Shown here: positions 1 through 9,180 of the stretch, piece after piece | Layout of the letters: every line of letters begins with the position of its first letter | Position numbering within the stretch: position 1 is the first letter of the stretch | Source of the DNA: Rickettsiales bacterium | GTDB taxonomy: Bacteria; Pseudomonadota; Alphaproteobacteria; Rickettsiales; UBA1997 | DNA length: 36,131 nt | Direction: 5' to 3' | NCBI GenBank assembly: GCA_032119875.1 | Contig: JAUMFK010000008.1 | Span: 3,937-40,067, forward strand | Made by a program: the position numbers and the translations under genes | The notes under the pieces: model-generated | Told to the model about the DNA's origin: nothing | The model's input: only the letters and a program-made list of their open reading frames with translations | Database searches by the model: none

Positions 1-95
1 GTTCATGATGGAAATAATCAAGACCTGCAAAGTATTATCCAATTTCAAATTATCAGCCCAATCCTGTCCTGCGATTCTGATTCTCTGGCTGGTAC

Positions 96-1535
96 CTAAA
101 GAACCAAGAAAATTGCAATCATTAGCGGAATTAATACTAAATATAAATCAAAATCTAGAGTTTTTTTGTGGCTTGTAAAGTTTTTTAATTCTTGCAAATT
201 GATAAAAAATATTTTACTAAATTTAACAACACAATAACCAAGGCTCACAGCATTAATTATTATAATTATCAGGGCAGAAAATAATTTTTGATTTATCAAG
301 GTTTTGATTAGAAATATTTTATCAATCATGATAATACTTGGAGCAATGCCAGTTGCGATAAGTATGCCAAATAAAAATAATGAAGAGGTGATGGGCATTT
401 TGTAAAAAAGCCCTTGATAATTATTTAAATTATGGTATTGATGATATATTTTAATATTGTTTATGCTAAAAAATAAGAGTAGAAATAATAAAATAAAACC
501 AGCAATGCTTAAATAAATATAATTTAGATTAGCTAAATTATGTAGTAAAATGCTAAAAATTAACAAATTTAATTGTTGCCAAAAGAATAATAAAAACCAA
601 CTTTGTAAGTTTTTTACGGTATTTAAAACTACATTAAGAGCTAAAAAATATAAGCTAAACATTGCAATAAACCAATTTAGCGGTAAATTGTTTAGCAAAA
701 ATAACAAACCTTGCCAGCCGAAAAAATAATTTAAAATCTTGCTAAATATAAACAAACTAGGCAAACTATAGCCAAAAAATAACCATAGAAACAGCCAAAA
801 AACATCAAGATTTAATTTTTGCAACAATAAAAAAGAAGGTAAAATAACTATTAAAAATAATCCTAATAGCAATAAGAGTAAAATTATTAAATAATTTTCG
901 TTTAAATTACTGGCTACCGCTTCGTTATCTAAAAATAATAAATTTTGATTGTATTGATATAAAAAAACTATTGCTAAAAATAATAAAAAAACCTGAAAAT
1001 ACATTAATAAATCAAAAGAACCAATATTTTTTTCTTGATAAGAAGGGCAGTGTTTTTTTAGCATGTAATGGCTTAAAAGCAATAACAGTTGATAAAACAA
1101 TAAAGATGTAATTAAACTTTGGCTACAAAATAAAAAACACAATAAACTTATCAAAAATAAAAAAAATTTTTGCCAAGTATAGCTTAAATACTGCGGATGC
1201 AATTTAAAAAGTTGGGAGGAGTAGAAAGCAAAAAGTAGCCAAATGAAGTTTATTGCTATTAAAAATCCGATAGCAATTTTATCGATGCCAAAAACCAAGC
1301 CTAGACCAATATTTAGATGAATAAAAATAGGGCTAAATTTTGGATAAATATTAATAAGTAGATTGATAAAAATAACTAAATATAGCCAAGGAGATAGTTT
1401 ATAGCAAAAACCACTTAACCAACTGGCAAAACTGCTTGCATTACCAACTAAACTAAATAAAGTTAGAGATAATATAGGCAAAAATAATAAAATCGCCAAT
1501 AAAAATTGTTCGGTATTAGGCCAGCTAAACATCAT
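96..1535 (-). CDS. Divergent proton-conducting membrane transporter subunit (MrpD/MnhD-NuoL/M/N family)
   Basis: 479 aa, highly hydrophobic. It has the N-terminal 'GLVFGIDKIAIGF' motif and the C-terminal 'YQGLFYKMPITS...TGIAPSIIMIDK' motif typical of antiporter-like subunits; central motifs are degenerate. Confidence 0.65.
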   Translation of the reverse strand: MMFSWPNTEQFLLAILLFLPILSLTLFSLVGNASSFASWLSGFCYKLSPWLYLVIFINLLINIYPKFSPIFIHLNIGLGLVFGIDKIAIGFLIAINFIWLLFAFYSSQLFKLHPQYLSYTWQKFFLFLISLLCFLFCSQSLITSLLFYQLLLLLSHYMLKKHCPSYQEKNIGSFDLLMYFQVFLLFLAIVFLYQYNQNLLFLDNEAVASNLNENYLIILLLLLLGLFLIVILPSFLLLQKLNLDVFWLFLWLFFGYSLPSLFIFSKILNYFFGWQGLLFLLNNLPLNWFIAMFSLYFLALNVVLNTVKNLQSWFLLFFWQQLNLLIFSILLHNLANLNYIYLSIAGFILLFLLLFFSINNIKIYHQYHNLNNYQGLFYKMPITSSLFLFGILIATGIAPSIIMIDKIFLIKTLINQKLFSALIIIIINAVSLGYCVVKFSKIFFINLQELKNFTSHKKTLDFDLYLVLIPLMIAIFLVL

Positions 1536-2425
1536 TGTGAAAAAATATTTTGGAAAGCCAAATCAAGATTATAATAACTAAAATTAAAACCGCACTCGTT
1601 AAGTTTAAAAGGGCAAACTCTCTGGCCAGATAATATTAGTTCTGCACCCATTTGCCCGAAGAGAAGTTTTGCCACCGCAGCAGGAGTTTTAAAAAAACAT
1701 GGTTGATGTAAAGATTTTGCCAAAGAATTAGCAAATTCACTAAATGTATTGTGCATGGCAACAGCATTGATAGGGCCAGATAGATAATAATTGTTGATAA
1801 TAAAATTAATTACCGAGATTAGATCTTGCCAGTGAATCCAGCTAATGGGCTGTTGCCCGTTGCCAATTATACTGCCTAATTTTAGTTTAAAGCTTGGTAA
1901 AAGTTTTTTTAGCATTCCGGCATTTTTGGCTAAAACCACTCCAGTGCGTAGCAAAGCAACTCTAGTATAAGGCTTGGCAAGTTGTGCTTCTTGCTCCCAA
2001 GTGGCACAAAGTTGTTGTGAAAATAAATTTTGTGGGGTTGCTTGTGAGTTTTCGCTAAAAATTGTTTGATGATTAGTGCCGTAATAACCAATTGCCGAAC
2101 CAGAAATAAACAGTTTAGGCGGTATTTTTTGCTGAGCAATAAACTGCACAAGTTGTTTGGTGGTGTTGATGCGACTTTCCCAGATTTTTTGTTTATTAGA
2201 GGTGGTCCAGTAGGTGGCAATAGGGCTGCCAGCTAAATTAATAATTACCTCGATTTGCTTGGTTAATTGAGAAAGATTGTTAATAAATTGCAGGTTAGAA
2301 TTTATAGAGCCAAAGGAGGAGATGTTTTGCCTAGTTAACACTACTACTTGTTTATTTTGATTAAGTAGATTTTCGGTAAGTAAAGAGCCAATAAAGCCTG
2401 TGCCACCAGTAATTAAAAAAGTCAT
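1532..2425 (-). CDS. TIGR01777/YfcH-family NAD-dependent epimerase-like oxidoreductase
   Basis: Rossmann motif 'ITGGTGFIG', plus 'INLAG', 'SGSAIGYYG', 'CATWE', 'LRTGVVL' and 'SWIH' motifs. Confidence 0.9.
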   Translation of the reverse strand: MTFLITGGTGFIGSLLTENLLNQNKQVVVLTRQNISSFGSINSNLQFINNLSQLTKQIEVIINLAGSPIATYWTTSNKQKIWESRINTTKQLVQFIAQQKIPPKLFISGSAIGYYGTNHQTIFSENSQATPQNLFSQQLCATWEQEAQLAKPYTRVALLRTGVVLAKNAGMLKKLLPSFKLKLGSIIGNGQQPISWIHWQDLISVINFIINNYYLSGPINAVAMHNTFSEFANSLAKSLHQPCFFKTPAAVAKLLFGQMGAELILSGQRVCPFKLNECGFNFSYYNLDLAFQNIFSQ

Positions 2426-2799
2426 GGGTTAATAGTGGTTTTTTGATAGGTTTCTTTAGACATTTCAACTAAATCAACTGAAAAATCAACTCTGTTTTTA
2501 TGGCATTGTATTAAATAAATTTCTTGCAACGATTGCATGCAAAGTGCAGTGAGTTTTTTCTGCACTTCGATTGTTCGTCCTGCTAAAATTTTAATGGTAA
2601 GATGCACAAAACTAGACTTGTTGTGGTTATTTAGGCCTACATAATAATCGGCAAAACTTAAAAAACGAAACTTACATTGATGAACATCAAAATTGCCTTC
2701 TGCAGAAAGGATAAGAAAATTTTGTTGCACTTTTTTAGCTAAATTTTGAGCTAACTCTACTGTAAAATCAGCAGAAAATTCGGTAATAATATGAGGCAT
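2422..2799 (-). CDS. 5-carboxymethyl-2-hydroxymuconate isomerase-like tautomerase
   Basis: N-terminal catalytic Pro ('MPHIITEFS') and 'FVHLTIKILAGRT'; 125 aa fits the CHMI family. Confidence 0.8.
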   Translation of the reverse strand: MPHIITEFSADFTVELAQNLAKKVQQNFLILSAEGNFDVHQCKFRFLSFADYYVGLNNHNKSSFVHLTIKILAGRTIEVQKKLTALCMQSLQEIYLIQCHKNRVDFSVDLVEMSKETYQKTTINP

Positions 2800-2801
2800 A
2801 A

Positions 2802-3761
2802 TTATAATATCTTTCGTAAATGATTAGCATAAATAGTGGCACCAACCGCCATTTCTAGAGAGTTTTGCACTTGATAGCATCCGCCTTTAGCGATGGCATA
2901 ATTAAAATTAGGGCAGAAAATATCAAAAGCAATATTTTTGTGATAATTAAAATGATTATCGCCAAAAATATCGTAGGTTAAAACAAGAGAATTAAAATTT
3001 TGTTGTAAAAATAAATTTATTTCCTGCAATAAATGTAGTTGCTGATTGATTTTTGAGCAGTTAAAACTAGCAAGTGTTGTAGTGAGTTTGATAAAATTTT
3101 GATGCTCTAAAATTAACACGATCAGCGAATTTAAGAGTTGATTATCTAAATTATTTTGCTTAAAAATTTGTGTGATGCTAGAAATATTTTTTTGATAAAT
3201 TGCTTTTTTTAAAGCATCTTGTTGTTGATTATCTAGGTTTAGTTGATGAATTATTTCTGTAAAAAACACTGATATAAAATCTGGTAAAGTGATGCTGATA
3301 AGTAGATTGTTTAGTTTTAAACTATACAAAGCGGTAAGCAAAGCATTTAGCACATCAAGTTGTGTTGAGGTGTGGTTTTCTCCAATAATTTCGATGCCGA
3401 GTTGAGTTTGCTGACGATCTGGGTAAAGTTCGTTATTTTTAGCATAAAATACATCGCCAACATAACAGATTTTTAAAGGCAAACTAGCATTTTGTAGCCT
3501 ACCACTAAATAATCGAGAAATTTGCAAAGTTATGTCGTTGCGAATGACCAAGTTTTTGCCAGAAATGCTATCGGCGGTATAAAAACTATTTGATAAATTT
3601 TCGTCAGAAAAATTTTCGGCAAATTCAAGTAAGGGGGTTTTGATTAATTGGTAGCCAGCACTAAAAAATACTTCTAATATTTGATTTATATTGCGGTGAT
3701 TAATGATTGCTTGCTCTCCTAGTAAATCATAAAAACCGATAGGTAATAATGGTTTAGTCAT
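2802..3761 (-). CDS. hisZ: ATP phosphoribosyltransferase regulatory subunit HisZ
   Basis: 'LLPIGFYDLL', 'GYQLIKTPLLEF', 'IRNDITLQISR' and 'QLGIEIIG'; HisRS-like catalytic fold without an anticodon domain. Confidence 0.85.
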   Translation of the reverse strand: MTKPLLPIGFYDLLGEQAIINHRNINQILEVFFSAGYQLIKTPLLEFAENFSDENLSNSFYTADSISGKNLVIRNDITLQISRLFSGRLQNASLPLKICYVGDVFYAKNNELYPDRQQTQLGIEIIGENHTSTQLDVLNALLTALYSLKLNNLLISITLPDFISVFFTEIIHQLNLDNQQQDALKKAIYQKNISSITQIFKQNNLDNQLLNSLIVLILEHQNFIKLTTTLASFNCSKINQQLHLLQEINLFLQQNFNSLVLTYDIFGDNHFNYHKNIAFDIFCPNFNYAIAKGGCYQVQNSLEMAVGATIYANHLRKIL

Positions 3762-4575
3762 TGTTTTGTAAATGTTGCTTGATGTTAAGTAGATCTTGCC
3801 AAACTAACTTTTTTTTACTAGGCTGTCTCATTAAAAAAGCTGGATGAAATAAGCTTACTACTTTAGTTTTAAAAGTTAAATAATTTGGCTGAAAATCATT
3901 AATTTTGCCATGAATTTTGCCAATTGGCAAGTGAGAATTAAGTAAATTAGTGGTTGCGGTAGCTCCGATTAAAATAATAATTTTTGGCTCAATGAGTTGA
4001 ATTATTTTTTGTAAAAAAGGTTTGCAAATGGCAATTTCTTCTGGGGTTGGTTGCCTGTTGCCAGGGGGGCGCCAAAAGACAGTGTTGGTAATATAAAAAT
4101 CTTTCTCGCGTTGCAAGTCAATTGCCCAAAACATATCTTTTAACATTAGCCCAGAATCGCCACAAAATGGTATGCCTGTTAAATCTTCTTCGTTACCTGG
4201 TGCTTCGCCAATCACTAAAATTTTGCTACTAGCATTGCCATCGCCAAAAACAGTATTTGTTGCCATTTTTTTTAGATTGCAGCCATCAAACTTTACAAGA
4301 GCTTGTTGTAATTGCAGTAAATTATGACAAGAATCAGCTAAATTTTTAGCGGATTGCACAATATTTTCAAGATAAATTGAGTGAGTGGTAAATAAATTTT
4401 TTTTAGCTAAATTAGCCAAAGCAACATCAATATTAGCTGGAGGGGTATCGATAATTTTGGTTGGAATGTTGATTTGATTATTAGCTAGATGATTTTGCGG
4501 TTCTTCTAAAAAAACCTCATCTAGATCGTTGTCGCAATAAAAGGCAAGGGTATCAAATATTTGCTTGGTTTTCAT
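3754..4575 (-). CDS. Uracil-DNA glycosylase, family 4
   Basis: 'IGEAPGNEED', 'NTVFWRPPGNRQP' and 'FHPAFLMR' motifs. Confidence 0.93.
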   Translation of the reverse strand: MKTKQIFDTLAFYCDNDLDEVFLEEPQNHLANNQINIPTKIIDTPPANIDVALANLAKKNLFTTHSIYLENIVQSAKNLADSCHNLLQLQQALVKFDGCNLKKMATNTVFGDGNASSKILVIGEAPGNEEDLTGIPFCGDSGLMLKDMFWAIDLQREKDFYITNTVFWRPPGNRQPTPEEIAICKPFLQKIIQLIEPKIIILIGATATTNLLNSHLPIGKIHGKINDFQPNYLTFKTKVVSLFHPAFLMRQPSKKKLVWQDLLNIKQHLQNND

Positions 4576-5018
4576 ACAATTTTTTTGATAAATTGTTGAA
4601 AATCTTGCGGTGTTTCAAAATTTTTATAAACCGAAGCAAATCGAACAAAAGCAACTTGATCGAGTTTTTCAAGGGCTTCTAAAACCATTTCGCCAATTTT
4701 TGCCGAAGTAATTTCAAGCTCATTGTTGATGGCAATTTGATGAGCAATTTGATAAACAATTTGTTCGACTTGTGAATTTTCGACTGGTCTTTTTCGAACT
4801 GCCATATTGATAGATTTTTTTAGTTTTTGAGCATCAAAAGATTTTTTTTCACTATTTTTTTTAATAACAATAATTTCTGGTAAATGCACTTTTTCGTAGG
4901 TGGTAAATCGAAGCCCGCAAGCTATGCAAGATCTTCTGCGTTTAATGTTTTCGCCATCGTCAGAAGTGCGGCTATCTTTAACTTGAGTTTCGCTGTGTCG
5001 ACAAAATGGGCAATGCAT
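4572..5018 (-). CDS. nrdR: Transcriptional repressor NrdR
   Basis: Zinc ribbon 'MHCPFC...DSR...RRRSCIACGLRFTTYE', ATP cone and 'VAFVRFASVY'. Confidence 0.97.
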   Translation of the reverse strand: MHCPFCRHSETQVKDSRTSDDGENIKRRRSCIACGLRFTTYEKVHLPEIIVIKKNSEKKSFDAQKLKKSINMAVRKRPVENSQVEQIVYQIAHQIAINNELEITSAKIGEMVLEALEKLDQVAFVRFASVYKNFETPQDFQQFIKKIV

Positions 5019-5021
5019 AAT

Positions 5022-5879
5022 TTATGAAAAATGAGAATCGATAAAAATATTGTATTGTTGTGTTAATAATTTAGCAACATTAAAATTTTTATCTTGATTA
5101 AATATTATGTGGTCAATCTGATAAACTGGGCGAATCAATAAGCTAGAACTAGTTAAAAACACTTCTTTTGCCGATATTAATTCTTGATAATCAAAATTTC
5201 TTTCTATTACTTCAAAATTTTGTTCTTTGGCTATTTTGATGATGCGGTTTCTAGTGATACCGCATAAAATATGATTGTTGGCGGGGTGAGTGATAAGCTG
5301 ATTTTGCCGATTTAACAAAAAAACATTAGCAAAAGTTGCCTCGGTGATAATATTTTCTCTAACAAAAATTGCATCATCAAAGCCTAAATCTTTAGCTTTT
5401 TGGTTAATAAGGGTTGAGGCAAGTAAATTTACGGTTTTTATATCGCAACGAAGCCAGCGTATATCTGGGCTTGTTATTACTTTAAAGCCTTCGTTAAAAC
5501 GGCTTTCTGGCATGGTTTTTATTTCAGTTACCGTGGCAACAATTGTGGGAGTTAAATTTTTAGGGCAAGAGGCAATGCGAGAAGAGGCAGATCCTCTGGT
5601 GATTTGTAAATAGCAAATGCCTTGTGTTAAATTGTTTTTGATAAATAGTTGTTGCTGTATTAAGAATAATTCTTCGATAGTAAAATTGTGCTGAATATTT
5701 AGTTCTTGTAAATTTCTCATTAAACGTAATAAATGGTTTTTACCATCAATGAGTTGTTTGTTTTGATATAAACTTACTTCATAGGCACCATCGGCAAATT
5801 GAAAACCCCTATCTTCGATATGCACCAAGCAATTTTGATGTTCTAAAAACTGCCTATTAAGATAACTAATTTTGGTCAT
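5022..5879 (-). CDS. dat: Class IV PLP aminotransferase, probably D-amino-acid transaminase
   Basis: 'EDRGFQFADGAYEV', 'YLQITRG', 'RWLRCDIKTVNLL' (PLP lysine) and 'ILCGITR'. Confidence 0.85.
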   Translation of the reverse strand: MTKISYLNRQFLEHQNCLVHIEDRGFQFADGAYEVSLYQNKQLIDGKNHLLRLMRNLQELNIQHNFTIEELFLIQQQLFIKNNLTQGICYLQITRGSASSRIASCPKNLTPTIVATVTEIKTMPESRFNEGFKVITSPDIRWLRCDIKTVNLLASTLINQKAKDLGFDDAIFVRENIITEATFANVFLLNRQNQLITHPANNHILCGITRNRIIKIAKEQNFEVIERNFDYQELISAKEVFLTSSSLLIRPVYQIDHIIFNQDKNFNVAKLLTQQYNIFIDSHFS

Positions 5880-5895
5880 GATTTATGAAAATGAG

Positions 5896-5915
5896 ATTTG
5901 GAATTCAACAGTGCC
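5896..5915. repeat. Isolated copy of the IS6/IS26-like 20-bp repeat (family B)
   Basis: ATTTGGAATTCAACAGTGCC is identical to 17789-17808; its reverse complement begins GGCACTGTTG. Confidence 0.75.
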
Positions 5916-5946
5916 ATAATATAACAAGAATATTGCAAATAAAAAT

Positions 5947-7290
5947 TTAGTAATTTAAGAATTTTTTGCTGGCTGGCTCAATTATTTCAAAATTGTTGAC
6001 ACCAACTTTTAAAATAGCCAAGTTTCGTTGCACTGCTCCATTTGGCAAAAAGCGAAATAAACCATCAATGCCTTCAAAACCTTTTGTTTTTGCTATTAAA
6101 GTGTGCGAAGTGATGATATTATTGTTTTGAGCAAGATCGCTGATTGCTAAAATGCTATCATAAGCTATGGTAGAAATGCGGTTTGGAAAATTTTTAAAAG
6201 TTTGTTGATATTCTTTTTCGAAGGATTGAAATTTTTTTGGTTCGGGAGCAACAAACCAACTACCAAATAAATTGCTATCATGTAAAGTGCTTGGATCATC
6301 CCATTGACTACTGCCGACTATTTTTAAATCGAGTTCTTTAATATTTTTGCTGTTAATTGTGGCAATTGCTTTTGATAAAATTTTACCAGATTCTGGAATG
6401 AAAATTGTTTGTGGATAGTTTTTATCTTCTTCGTTGATGATTTGATCTTTTTTAGGAATGATAGAGAGTGAAAAACTATTAATTAAGCGATCTACTGATT
6501 TTTCGAGATCTTTTTCGTTATTATAAAACTCGGCGGTAATAAAATTGGCACTTCTTGCTTTGGTAAATTTTTTGAGATAATCGGTAATTAATTTGCCGTA
6601 TTGATTATTTGGAGCTAAAATAGCAAAGTTTGATTTATTTTGGTTAATAGCAAAATTAACTATTTGTTCTGTTTGAGTTTCTGGCAAGATTCCTGCAATA
6701 AAAATGCCTCCGCCATTGTTAAAAACTTTACCTAACATTGCTATATTATTTGAGAGAGAAATAACGGTAATGGCATGCTCTTGTGCCATATTTTCAATAT
6801 TGATAAGGTTATTGCTGTAAATTGGGCCTATTACTATTTTGATATTGCGATTAATAATTTCTTGAAAAGCTTGCTGTTGTTCGAATGCGGTTTCTTTGCT
6901 GTCGATGAAAACTAGTTCGAGCTTGTGAAAGCGATCGTTTGCAAATAAAGATAGCACCGCAGCATTAGCAATATTTTGTGCCAAATCTTTGTTTTGACTA
7001 GAAAATGGCAGAAAAATAGCAATTTTTATTTTTTCTGGCAAATTATTGCCAATGTTGTTAAGGTTATAGGTTTCGAGATGTTTTGCGGTTTGTTTGGGAG
7101 TATCTTTTTTTTTTGATGGAGAATTATTTTGTAAAATTTTTTTTTGAGTATTTTTTTGCGGTTTATTGAGTAGTAAATTGTTTAAATAATTAAATTGACC
7201 GCAAGAGCATACAACGGTTAATAACAAAAATAATAATAATTTTTTGAAGTCACAAAAGTGCAGGCGATAATTTTTGCTGACAAAAAACAT
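5947..7290 (-). CDS. Penicillin-binding protein activator (LpoA-like) lipoprotein, periplasmic-binding-protein fold
   Basis: Signal peptide with lipobox 'VVCSC', 'KIAIFLPFS', 'IVIGPIYS' and C-terminal 'GFEGIDGLFRFLPNGAVQRNLAI'. Confidence 0.8.
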   Translation of the reverse strand: MFFVSKNYRLHFCDFKKLLLFLLLTVVCSCGQFNYLNNLLLNKPQKNTQKKILQNNSPSKKKDTPKQTAKHLETYNLNNIGNNLPEKIKIAIFLPFSSQNKDLAQNIANAAVLSLFANDRFHKLELVFIDSKETAFEQQQAFQEIINRNIKIVIGPIYSNNLINIENMAQEHAITVISLSNNIAMLGKVFNNGGGIFIAGILPETQTEQIVNFAINQNKSNFAILAPNNQYGKLITDYLKKFTKARSANFITAEFYNNEKDLEKSVDRLINSFSLSIIPKKDQIINEEDKNYPQTIFIPESGKILSKAIATINSKNIKELDLKIVGSSQWDDPSTLHDSNLFGSWFVAPEPKKFQSFEKEYQQTFKNFPNRISTIAYDSILAISDLAQNNNIITSHTLIAKTKGFEGIDGLFRFLPNGAVQRNLAILKVGVNNFEIIEPASKKFLNY

Positions 7291-7292
7291 TG

Positions 7293-7688
7293 TTAAGTAT
7301 TATTATTTTTTTTAAAAATAGCATCTATGCAGGCACCGTCTTGCACCGACATAGTTTGGTAAGAGATTTCACCATTAATATTGGCGGTTTGAGAAATGCT
7401 AATTTTGCCAACAGTAATATTGCCTTCAAATTTACCTTGAATATAAACATCTTCGGCGATAATTTTGCCTTGAAAAAAACCAGATTGTCTGATGATAAGA
7501 GTTTTAGTGTTTATATCGCCATAAACAGAGCCTTCGATTTCTATGGTTCCAGAGCTGTGCAGAGTGCCATTTATTTTAGAGTTTTTGGCAATAATGCTAG
7601 GAGATGAATTGTAGATAGAGCTAATTAATTCAAATTTTTTATTATTTTGAATTTTTGGAGTTTCTTTTTTCAGATTAACTATTGACAT
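7293..7688 (-). CDS. Bactofilin (polymer-forming cytoskeletal protein)
   Basis: Beta-helix repeats 'SIIAKNSKINGTL..GTIEIEGSVYGDI..GKIIAEDVYIQGKFEGNI..INGEISY..VQDGA'. Confidence 0.92.
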   Translation of the reverse strand: MSIVNLKKETPKIQNNKKFELISSIYNSSPSIIAKNSKINGTLHSSGTIEIEGSVYGDINTKTLIIRQSGFFQGKIIAEDVYIQGKFEGNITVGKISISQTANINGEISYQTMSVQDGACIDAIFKKNNNT

Positions 7689-8982
7689 AATTATTATTAG
7701 AAGAATTAATTATATTACCTGCATCCAAAAATTTTTTTGGATTAAGTGGAGTATTTTTATAACGAACTTCATAATGCAGATGGCTACCTGTGCTTCTGCC
7801 TGTGCTACCTTGCAAAGCTATTACCTGACCTCTTTTAACAGTATCGCCTTCTTTTACTTTTATTTTTGATAAATGACCATAACGAGTAGTTATGCCATAA
7901 CCATGATCGATAACAACTGCATTGCCATAGTCGCTAAACCATTTTGCCAAAATAACTTTGCCAGCAGAGGGGCTGATGATTTGAGCATTGTGAATGCCAA
8001 CAAAATCTAGACCTTCATGAGCATGATGTTTGCCTGTGAATGGATCGGTTCTAACGCCAAATCCGCTAGATATATAAAAATGATTCATTGGTTTATGAAA
8101 AGGTAATTTTTGACTGATTTTTTCGAGAAATTGTAGCTTTTCTATTTGGTTGTTAAATTGATTTTTTTCTAGATGTAGTTCTAGGTAATCGGTAGAAAGG
8201 TTTTTTGCTAATAGCTCTTTTTCAAGTTCGACATCGAATTGTTCAGGGCCTCCGATAGCCATATTAGAATGATGTGTAGAGTGTTTTTTAACTTTTTGAT
8301 TTGCATTAATTTGGGCTTTAAAGTTTAGTCCAGTTACAGCAATTGCCTGCTCTATTTTTTTGATTCGGAGTTTATTAAAATGATTAACATAAGCAAAATT
8401 TTGATGAAGTTGTTTAATGGTTTGAATAGTTTGATGATTGTTGCTATTTAAATTTTTTGTATCTATTTCTTTAGGAATTTCAATTGTGTTTAACTGTTCA
8501 TTTACTGGTATGATAGGCGAATTTATGGTGTGTAAATATTGATTGATTTTTTCAAGCTTTTTATTGCTTATATCGAGTTCGTTAGCAAAGTAGTTATTGA
8601 GTTTTTTTAGTTTTTCAATTTCACTTAATTTATCATCTTTTGCATTGTTGTATTGCATTTTATATTGCCAAGAATTATAAAATGAGAAGCTAAAAAATAA
8701 TATAAGGCATATTAACAAGGCTTGTAAAAAGGGATGAAAATTAATGCTTGTGATTTTTTTATTAGAAATGAATAAGATGGTTTTTTTTGTAAGAAGAAAC
8801 TTAAAAATTGGCTCAAAAAAACTATTTAAAACAAGTAATATTGATAATAAGAAATTACATAATTTTGCTAATAAATTATGTTTTCTAAAAAACGGATGTT
8901 GATTGATTTTTTCTAGCAAAAAAGATTTTTGCATACTGCTTAAAATTTGATTAACAACAAAATAATTACTAAACAAACACAA
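7675..8982 (-). CDS. Membrane-anchored M23 family endopeptidase (LmdC/Csd1-like); true start may be the ATG at 8934
   Basis: TM helix and coiled coil followed by an M23 domain with HxxxD ('HEGLD') and HxH ('HLH'). Confidence 0.92.
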   Translation of the reverse strand: MCLFSNYFVVNQILSSMQKSFLLEKINQHPFFRKHNLLAKLCNFLLSILLVLNSFFEPIFKFLLTKKTILFISNKKITSINFHPFLQALLICLILFFSFSFYNSWQYKMQYNNAKDDKLSEIEKLKKLNNYFANELDISNKKLEKINQYLHTINSPIIPVNEQLNTIEIPKEIDTKNLNSNNHQTIQTIKQLHQNFAYVNHFNKLRIKKIEQAIAVTGLNFKAQINANQKVKKHSTHHSNMAIGGPEQFDVELEKELLAKNLSTDYLELHLEKNQFNNQIEKLQFLEKISQKLPFHKPMNHFYISSGFGVRTDPFTGKHHAHEGLDFVGIHNAQIISPSAGKVILAKWFSDYGNAVVIDHGYGITTRYGHLSKIKVKEGDTVKRGQVIALQGSTGRSTGSHLHYEVRYKNTPLNPKKFLDAGNIINSSNNNYVNS

Positions 8983-9071
8983 AATATTTTATAAATAATT
9001 GTGATGCAATATTTATTTATAAAATTTTCGATGTTTAAATGCACAAAGAACAAAATGATTTTTAATTTTAA

Positions 9072-9105
9072 ATTTGGGATGCAACAGTGCCTTTATGTAT
9101 TTAAA
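9072..9105. repeat. IS6/IS26-like repeat (family B) plus a 14-bp flank shared with 17740-17753
   Basis: ATTTGGGATGCAACAGTGCC (reverse complement GGCACTGTTGCATCCCAAAT) followed by TTTATGTATTTAAA. Confidence 0.7.
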
Positions 9106-9180
9106 AATGAGAAATCGAATTTTATATTAGTAATTTACACTATCTTTATAAAGATTAAGATTACACTATTTTACTATATA

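Noticed and set aside
2422-2799. Aromatic (homoprotocatechuate) degradation cluster
   Set aside because: Only a lone CHMI-like tautomerase is present, with no other hpc/hpa genes.
5900-5917. TGGCAC as a sigma54 -24 element (also at 9091 and 17809)
   Set aside because: There is no GC dinucleotide at the required GG-N10-GC spacing.
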